Assembly: GCA_964427815.1 (NCBI GenBank)
Contig: CAYRVZ010000003.1
Location: forward strand, 1-31,190
DNA length: 31,190 nucleotides
Direction: 5' to 3'
Source: an uncultured Saprospiraceae bacterium
Lineage (GTDB): Bacteria; Bacteroidota; Bacteroidia; Chitinophagales; Saprospiraceae
Shown here: positions 25,405-31,190 of the stretch, piece by piece
Position numbering within the stretch: position 1 is the stretch's first letter
Layout of the letters: every line of letters begins with the position of its first letter
Notes under the pieces: generated by a model
What the model was told of the DNA's origin: nothing
Databases searched by the model: none
What the model saw: the letters and a program-made list of their open reading frames with translations, nothing else
Program-made: the position numbers and the translations under genes

Positions 25405-26214
25405 ATGAAACGAATCACAGAACATTCCTCCAAATACAATCATCTCGAAAAGATGTCTATCAAGGAGCTTTTGACGAATATTAATCAGGAGGATGCACTT
25501 GTACCTATTGCAATCGCACGTGTTATCCCCGAAATAGAGGCTTTGGTTGAAGTTGTAGTGGATAGGTTGAGAACAGGCGGAAGACTGTTTTATATTGGTG
25601 CAGGCACTAGCGGACGACTCGGAATTGTGGATGCTTCTGAGTGTCCACCTACTTTTGGTGTTCCGGATGAGATGGTTATTGGAATAATAGCTGGAGGCGA
25701 TGCTGCGATTCGGAAAGCACAAGAATTTGCGGAAGATAGTGACCAGCAAGCGTGGAAAGACTTGTCTGAATTTTTTATTGATAAGAAAGATATAGTCATA
25801 GGGATAGCCGCATCTGGGACGACGCCTTATGTGATTGGAGGATTGAAGAAGTGCCAAGAAATGGGTATAGCCACAGGTTGCTTGACCAATAATCCAGAAG
25901 CTCCGTTGACACGGGTGGCGGATTATCCAATTGTCATTGAGGTCGGTCCAGAATTTGTCACAGGAAGTACCCGCATGAAATCAGGCACTTCCCAAAAATT
26001 AGTGTTAAATATGATTACTACGGCGACGATGATACAACTTGGTAGAGTCATTGGGAATAAAATGGTGGATATGCAACTCTCTAATAATAAGCTAGTAGAT
26101 AGAGGTACGAAGATGGTCATGCAAGAAACGAATCTACCTTATACCGAAGCAGAAAAGCTATTATTAAAAGAGGGTAGTGTCCGCAAAGCTGTGGAACGAC
26201 ATTTAAATCAATAA
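25405..26214 (+). CDS. murQ: N-acetylmuramic acid 6-phosphate etherase
   Basis: GGRLFYIGAGTSGRLGIVDASECPPTFG, GIAASGTTPYV, GPEFVTGSTRMKSGTSQKLVLNM. Confidence 0.97.
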   Translation: MKRITEHSSKYNHLEKMSIKELLTNINQEDALVPIAIARVIPEIEALVEVVVDRLRTGGRLFYIGAGTSGRLGIVDASECPPTFGVPDEMVIGIIAGGDAAIRKAQEFAEDSDQQAWKDLSEFFIDKKDIVIGIAASGTTPYVIGGLKKCQEMGIATGCLTNNPEAPLTRVADYPIVIEVGPEFVTGSTRMKSGTSQKLVLNMITTATMIQLGRVIGNKMVDMQLSNNKLVDRGTKMVMQETNLPYTEAEKLLLKEGSVRKAVERHLNQ

Positions 26215-26217
26215 TAA

Positions 26218-26401
26218 AAATGGTTATTTGATAGAGAGATCTTTTTTCGATTGTTAAAATGTTTTGGATAAAGAAACGATTAAAATGAGTTTGGAGATTC
26301 CCCTTTTAAGATGGGTTGAACAAGGCGATTCTAAAGTAAGGCTTACCTATTTCTTTAAGCTTTGGATTGACTTGATAAAAATAAAAAGAAAATATCGCTA
26401 A
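26218..26401 (+). pseudogene. 3' remnant of a GT2 family (dolichyl-phosphate glucosyltransferase-like) gene with a +1 frameshift
   Basis: KWLFDREIFFRLLKCFG, an extra T at 26269, then KETIKMSLEIPLLRWVEQGDSKVRLTYFFKLWIDLIKIKRKYR*. WLFDxE and E-x-PL-xx-W...SKV are GT2 C-terminal motifs. Confidence 0.72.
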
Positions 26402-26554
26402 CCAGCTGCCGTGGTATTTAGATACCTTCGGAATGCTGAAATCAGATCTTTGAAAAAATACTGATCTTTCTGTACTCCATTAACCTTATATTTAGAGAGA
26501 ATTTAACACTTTTTGAGCGGTTATCAACATATATAGAAGAAGCATAATTGTTTC

Positions 26555-26570
26555 TTAACAATCCTTAACA
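26555..26570 (+). promoter_or_regulatory. Direct repeat TTAACA-N4-TTAACA upstream of the OMP gene
   Basis: Read directly; the 10-bp period resembles OmpR/PhoB-family boxes. Confidence 0.35.
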
Positions 26571-26619
26571 AAAGACTAGGCGTTCTTTGTGCTATCGTTT
26601 AATTAAAAACAATAGGCAA

Positions 26620-27351
26620 ATGAAAAATCTAAGAAATTTAATCGTCGCGTTTATCCTTTTAGTAGGCTTTCAAGCGCAAGCGCAAATTAAAGTGGGTGTA
26701 ACGGGTGGACTAAATGCCAGCCAATTTAATATTCCCGTTATTAAAGATTTAGGAATCGTGAGCGTCAAACGAGGCATAGGTTTGACGACTGGTGTTTTTG
26801 TAACAGCTCCACTCGTCGGTCCTTTGAGTGTTCGAGCAGAAGGTAATTATATGTCTAGAGATTATGTGGTCAAAATAGATCCTGATGCCTTAACAGATAA
26901 AGTGGATATCCCTTTTAATATTACGGCACACTTGAAAAGCCGATATTACGAAGTTCCTTTATTGCTTCAAGTTAATTTGGGTAGCGGATCAGTTAGCACT
27001 TACTTATTAGGTGGTGGAGCTGTATCTGGATATATGAATAGCAAACTAGGGGTAGGCGTGTTAGGCGTTTCGTTAGTTAGTATTCCAATTAATAACATTG
27101 GCTTTCGCAAAACGGAATGGAGTGTAATCGGTGGCGCAGGAATGCGAGTAGATATGGGCTTTGCAGATTTTATTTTGGAAGGAAGGTATCAGCATGGATT
27201 AACAAATTTAGTCAATATTCCATCCTTACAAGGGGTGAATGTTACGCCCAATAATAGAAATAATTCCATCGTGTTTAAAGCAGGAGTGGCCATCCCAATT
27301 ACGAGAACCAATAGATCTAAAAGGCATCGCAGTCCGGTTGCAAGTTTGTAA
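26620..27351 (+). CDS. Outer membrane beta-barrel (porin family / PorT-like) protein
   Basis: Signal peptide ending AQA; GVTGGLN, SVRAEGNY, YYEVPLLL, GGAGMRVD, LEGRYQHGLTN amphipathic strands. Start is ATG 26620. Confidence 0.85.
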   Translation: MKNLRNLIVAFILLVGFQAQAQIKVGVTGGLNASQFNIPVIKDLGIVSVKRGIGLTTGVFVTAPLVGPLSVRAEGNYMSRDYVVKIDPDALTDKVDIPFNITAHLKSRYYEVPLLLQVNLGSGSVSTYLLGGGAVSGYMNSKLGVGVLGVSLVSIPINNIGFRKTEWSVIGGAGMRVDMGFADFILEGRYQHGLTNLVNIPSLQGVNVTPNNRNNSIVFKAGVAIPITRTNRSKRHRSPVASL

Positions 27352-27390
27352 AATTACGGGCTAACTCCAAATAACCAATTGCCTTCCTTG

Positions 27391-27427
27391 ACAGTCGGAA
27401 AGATATATTCTTTTCGGCTGTTTTTTT
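27391..27427 (+). terminator. Intrinsic terminator of the OMP gene
   Basis: ACAGUCGGAAAGA-UAUAU-UCUUUUCGGCUGU-UUUUUU: 13-bp stem with two GU pairs. Confidence 0.85.
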
Positions 27428-27541
27428 GTACTTACGCCAAAATGTAAAGATTTGGCATCTTAGTATTAAGTATTGATAAGAAAGGAGGTCGTCTTGTATC
27501 TTTATATTCAGTATGAATTTTGGACTTAATAATTAAAAAGG

Positions 27542-28078
27542 ATGGAAGCAAAAAATAATATAGAAATAGATGCTAGTTCAATGGCAGACATTGCTTTTTT
27601 GTTATTAGTTTTTTTCTTGGTGACCACCACAATGGTTCCAGATCAAGGGATTACGGTTCGTCTTCCGGAATGGATTGAGACAAAGAATGAGTTTAAAATC
27701 ACCTCTAGAAATGTATTCGCTGTGTTGATGAATGGTAATAATGAATTGCAAGTTAGGGGTGAAGAGATGCCTATCGAATTACTCCGTTCAAAGACAAAAG
27801 AGTTTGTTTTAAACCCAAATCGGTTGATGAGTATGGCCGATAAGCCAAATAAAGCCCTAATATCATTGAAGAATGATAGAGCCACTAGTTATACTAGCTA
27901 CTTGCAGGTGTACAATGAATTAAAGGCTGCCTATTCCGAATTGTGGGAGGAGGAGGCGCAATCGCTCTATAGCATTGGTTATCAATATTTAACGGAAGTA
28001 CAACAAAAAAGTATTCGAAATAAATTTCCGTTAACACTATCCGAAGCAGAGCCTAGTGATTTTGACGAAAGCGAATAA
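27542..28078 (+). CDS. exbD: ExbD/TolR family protein
   Basis: IDASSMADIAFLLLVFFLVTT with the conserved TM Asp; DRATSYTSYLQVYNEL. Confidence 0.92.
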   Translation: MEAKNNIEIDASSMADIAFLLLVFFLVTTTMVPDQGITVRLPEWIETKNEFKITSRNVFAVLMNGNNELQVRGEEMPIELLRSKTKEFVLNPNRLMSMADKPNKALISLKNDRATSYTSYLQVYNELKAAYSELWEEEAQSLYSIGYQYLTEVQQKSIRNKFPLTLSEAEPSDFDESE

Positions 28079-28127
28079 ATATTTACTTCTTCATCCTAAA
28101 AAGGATTTCGCACTTAAAAAATAAATT

Positions 28128-28889
28128 ATGTACAAGAATCACGCAAGTTTAAATGCCAATTACGGCATCCGTTTTGGAATCGGTTTGGCCCTGTCCCTGT
28201 TCTTCGTATTGGTTGTTTTTAATATGAACTTTGAAAATAACCCTGCCCCCATATTTGATTTTGGAGATGTCGAAATGAGTACTTTTTTGCCAATTGATAA
28301 TCGTCAAATCAAGGATGAAAAGAAAATAAAACTTGATAAAAAGGTCGCTATCAAAATGGCTAACAGCGAGTTAATCGAGGATATTAAATTTAAGGATGAG
28401 TTAGAACCAGAGCCTCAAAAAGAAGCTTCTTTGGCGGATTTGATTGGGAAAGTTACTGTACAATCCCCAATGGCTGGTCCAGTTAGAAAAATGGTCAAGC
28501 CAGTTCCAAAAGTTATCCCACAGAAAAAGGAATCTAAGGAAATCTTTATGCGCGTCGAAGAAATGCCAAGATTTAAAGGATGTATGGAGAAAGTCAAAGG
28601 CAGAATGGGATCCTGTACAACAACAAAGCTCTTAGGTTTTATTAACGACATTATTCAGTATCCAACATTAGCACGGGAAACAAATATCTCTGGTCGTGTC
28701 ATTGCTCAATTTGTAGTTGAAAAAGATGGCAGTGTCAGTAATATTAAAATACTAAGAAGTCCTGGAGGAGGGTTGGGAGCCGAAGCAAAACGAATTTTAG
28801 AACAATTGCCCAAATGGATTCCAGGCCGCCAACAGGGCAATCCCGTACGCGTTCGCTACATTATTCCTATCGTCTTTAAATTAGAGTAG
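28128..28889 (+). CDS. tonB: Energy transducer TonB
   Basis: N-terminal TM; C-terminal VEEMPRF, IQYPTLARETNISGRVIAQFVVEKDGSV, WIPGRQQGNPVRVRY. Confidence 0.92.
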   Translation: MYKNHASLNANYGIRFGIGLALSLFFVLVVFNMNFENNPAPIFDFGDVEMSTFLPIDNRQIKDEKKIKLDKKVAIKMANSELIEDIKFKDELEPEPQKEASLADLIGKVTVQSPMAGPVRKMVKPVPKVIPQKKESKEIFMRVEEMPRFKGCMEKVKGRMGSCTTTKLLGFINDIIQYPTLARETNISGRVIAQFVVEKDGSVSNIKILRSPGGGLGAEAKRILEQLPKWIPGRQQGNPVRVRYIIPIVFKLE

Positions 28890-28905
28890 AGGCAATACGC
28901 TTGGG

Positions 28906-31188
28906 CTAAAAGTCTGTTCCCATAGAAAGGTAAAACAGGGGTTTTTGCACTACTTTAGTTTCTACTCCCCAAGCATAATCCAAACGAGCAAAGTAGCCAA
29001 AAAGCATCGTGCGTACACCAAGACCATAACCTAGAATAGTTGGGTCACGGAAGTATTTGATTTTAATTTGTACCGTTGGGCTGCCGCTGATGTCATTGGA
29101 CGTGAAGATTCTCGTATTTATAGGATTGTCAAGCGAGAATGGATTTTTACCTGACCAAGCAATGCCAGCATCAACAAAGGCCACCAATTGAATATTATTC
29201 CAAAAAGTAGATTTTAGGGGGCGGCGGCTGATGTATCTGAAAATAGGCAAGCGTATTTCTTGATTTGTTAAGATGAAAGTATTGCCATTTCTAATGTTTT
29301 GGCGAAAGCCCCTCATGCTGGCAATAGAGGTTCTGTAGGCAAAGTTGTCAGTAGGCGTTGGGGTTCCAGCGTCATATTTTGGAAATAGCCAGTTATTGGT
29401 GCCGCCCATAATGTAGAGTAGCTTTTCTGTTCCAAATGAAGTCGCAGCTGCGAGTCGAGAAGCAAATACACTATGTTTGAGCAGACGTTGATAGTGTCGA
29501 GCATCAATACCTATGACACTCATAAAACCTTTGTTTAAGGAGAATTCGAAGTTGTCCACAAAATCAATATTGTACTTTTTGACGATTTCTGCATAGATTT
29601 TATAGCGAGTTCCATTTTTAATATTAGTATAGACATCCAAGGTGTTGTCAAAGACATAAGCCAGTTTTAAACCAATTCGTTTCTCCTTGATAATAGGACT
29701 TCGAAGAGAGATAGAATCGGTACTTGCTTCCAAATATCTGTCAAATCGCATGGTAGTTGTAGCCCTTAAACTTCTAAAAATATCAAATGGATAACGCCAT
29801 TGTGAGGTCGCTATCATCGTTTGGTTTTTAACGGTATGGGGGATGAAAAAATTGATATTGTTATCAATTTGAGAGGTACGACGAAGATATAGACCATATT
29901 GACGATCGATTCTATGTTTTCGATCCCAATATTGCATGAAATATTCCATCTTGTTAAAAGTTAAATTGAACCGCATACCACCTTCTAATTCATAATCTTC
30001 TAACAAGTCTTTGAAGTTTGCTTTCATTAGTATCCCAGGCGGAGGAGTGGTAAATTCTTCTGGTGTGCCCGCATAACTATCTAATCCTCCAAAAAGCATG
30101 TTGTTGTCTGCTTGGGTCGTGATGTAATCCGTTCGGAAACGGATCTGTTTGGGAGTGATTCTTGCCCGTTTAAAAGGTTCAACAGGACCCGGTGGCGCAT
30201 ACACATATTTAATATTTTTACTTCTTTTTCTGATTCTGGCAATCAAAGTTGAGGTGGTTGCTTCTTTCTTTTTAGATTCTTCGATGTCGTCAAAAGGAGT
30301 TACAAAGTAATAAGCAACGGTGTCTTCTTGGATAAGAGGTATAGTGTCTTGGACTAGGACAGCGTTTGGCTGATTTGACTTTCTATTATTGGTAGTTCTA
30401 TTTCTTTTGTATTGAGAAATGATGTTATTCTTATTCTGAGAAACAGACAAAGTGTCTTTATGGATCGTGTACACTCCTTTAGCTTTTACGAGGTTAAGTA
30501 GTTGACCATTTTGATAACTTTGGCTCACCATGTTGAAGCCATAGTTTGTAATTGGATGAACATAGGATTGCATTCGCCAAATCTCTTTTGTCCAGCTGGT
30601 ATCTACAAAAGAGGTGTCCAGCGAAGGGAGAATTGAATCTTGAGGTACCTCAATAATCGTACTATCTTTCATGCGATAGACTTGATGATAGGCCACGATT
30701 TCTTCTTTCAGAAAGCCCACTTCTCGATTATAGATCCCAGAACGATCACTTAGATAACCGATCCATTTCGAGTTAATAGAAAAGGGTGATTTTTCGTTAG
30801 CATGCGGTGTATGGGTTATCTGAACCAATTCTTTGCCCATACTATCTAGATTGTAATAAAAAATATCAAAATCTCCGATTGGTAAAATTGAATCAAGTTT
30901 GTGATGAGCGAGTAAAGAGTCGGGGCGGTTGGACGCAAAAAGTAATCCACTATTACCATTGATTTGTGTGACGGTTACATCCAAATCATCCCAAATGTCT
31001 TGGGTGATGCGCGTACTGCTACGTTTTTTTGGATAATACAAAAATACATCACTAAAACCATTGACCGTTGCGGAAATGGCCAAAGTATGCCCATCTACAA
31101 ATTCTGCGGAATGAACATTTTGAAAGCCGGGTAGAAATTCTTCGGTAGTAGTTTTTTTAGTTTTGATAGCGTATTCTGTAGATAAATG
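28906..31188 (-). CDS. Large outer membrane protein with PD40/TolB-like repeats and BamA/TamA-like barrel (5' truncated by window edge)
   Basis: Frame open to the window edge upstream of the TTG at 31083. FASNR/YLSDRSG propeller-like repeats; MRGFRQNIRNG (VRG-like), QLVAFVDAG, GYGLGVR, C-terminal YLSMGTDF. Confidence 0.8.
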   Translation of the reverse strand, partial: HLSTEYAIKTKKTTTEEFLPGFQNVHSAEFVDGHTLAISATVNGFSDVFLYYPKKRSSTRITQDIWDDLDVTVTQINGNSGLLFASNRPDSLLAHHKLDSILPIGDFDIFYYNLDSMGKELVQITHTPHANEKSPFSINSKWIGYLSDRSGIYNREVGFLKEEIVAYHQVYRMKDSTIIEVPQDSILPSLDTSFVDTSWTKEIWRMQSYVHPITNYGFNMVSQSYQNGQLLNLVKAKGVYTIHKDTLSVSQNKNNIISQYKRNRTTNNRKSNQPNAVLVQDTIPLIQEDTVAYYFVTPFDDIEESKKKEATTSTLIARIRKRSKNIKYVYAPPGPVEPFKRARITPKQIRFRTDYITTQADNNMLFGGLDSYAGTPEEFTTPPPGILMKANFKDLLEDYELEGGMRFNLTFNKMEYFMQYWDRKHRIDRQYGLYLRRTSQIDNNINFFIPHTVKNQTMIATSQWRYPFDIFRSLRATTTMRFDRYLEASTDSISLRSPIIKEKRIGLKLAYVFDNTLDVYTNIKNGTRYKIYAEIVKKYNIDFVDNFEFSLNKGFMSVIGIDARHYQRLLKHSVFASRLAAATSFGTEKLLYIMGGTNNWLFPKYDAGTPTPTDNFAYRTSIASMRGFRQNIRNGNTFILTNQEIRLPIFRYISRRPLKSTFWNNIQLVAFVDAGIAWSGKNPFSLDNPINTRIFTSNDISGSPTVQIKIKYFRDPTILGYGLGVRTMLFGYFARLDYAWGVETKVVQKPLFYLSMGTDF

Positions 31189-31190
31189 AT

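Noticed and set aside
1-31190. CRISPR arrays, tRNA/rRNA genes, transposases, integrases, known defence systems
   Set aside because: No regularly spaced repeats, cloverleaf or rRNA signatures, or corresponding protein motifs were seen by manual reading.

Overview
AT-rich, mostly housekeeping window from a Bacteroidota genome. Evidence for the phylum: T9SS C-terminal sorting domains, TAnnTTTG promoter elements, no Shine-Dalgarno use, and a bS22-type small ribosomal protein. The finer lineage is uncertain. It encodes two T9SS cargo proteins, an MFS transporter, glycosyltransferases, an HU-bS22-RNase E/G cluster, yicC-gmk-apaG, a deoxynucleoside kinase, an ABC ATPase-pduO-7TM-HD-cmk run, topA, iscS, a DUF1800 protein, murQ, a beta-barrel OMP, exbD-tonB and a truncated BamA/TamA-like protein. 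I found no CRISPR array, tRNA/rRNA, transposase or integrase. The most interesting signals are outside the supplied ORF track: (1) a 21-codon uORF with attenuator-like alternative hairpins and a strong terminator upstream of an unknown lipoprotein gene; (2) a ~350-nt densely structured RNA region between bS22 and rne/rng; (3) a 36-aa Cys-rich micro-lipoprotein; (4) a frameshifted GT2 pseudogene scar after murQ; (5) a GC-elevated, AGGAAG-rich intergenic island; (6) a terminator-like hairpin in the yicC leader; (7) a SnoaL / Lys-rich / HhH fusion protein. Family calls come from motif recognition and RNA structures from manual base-pairing; no database search or folding program was run.
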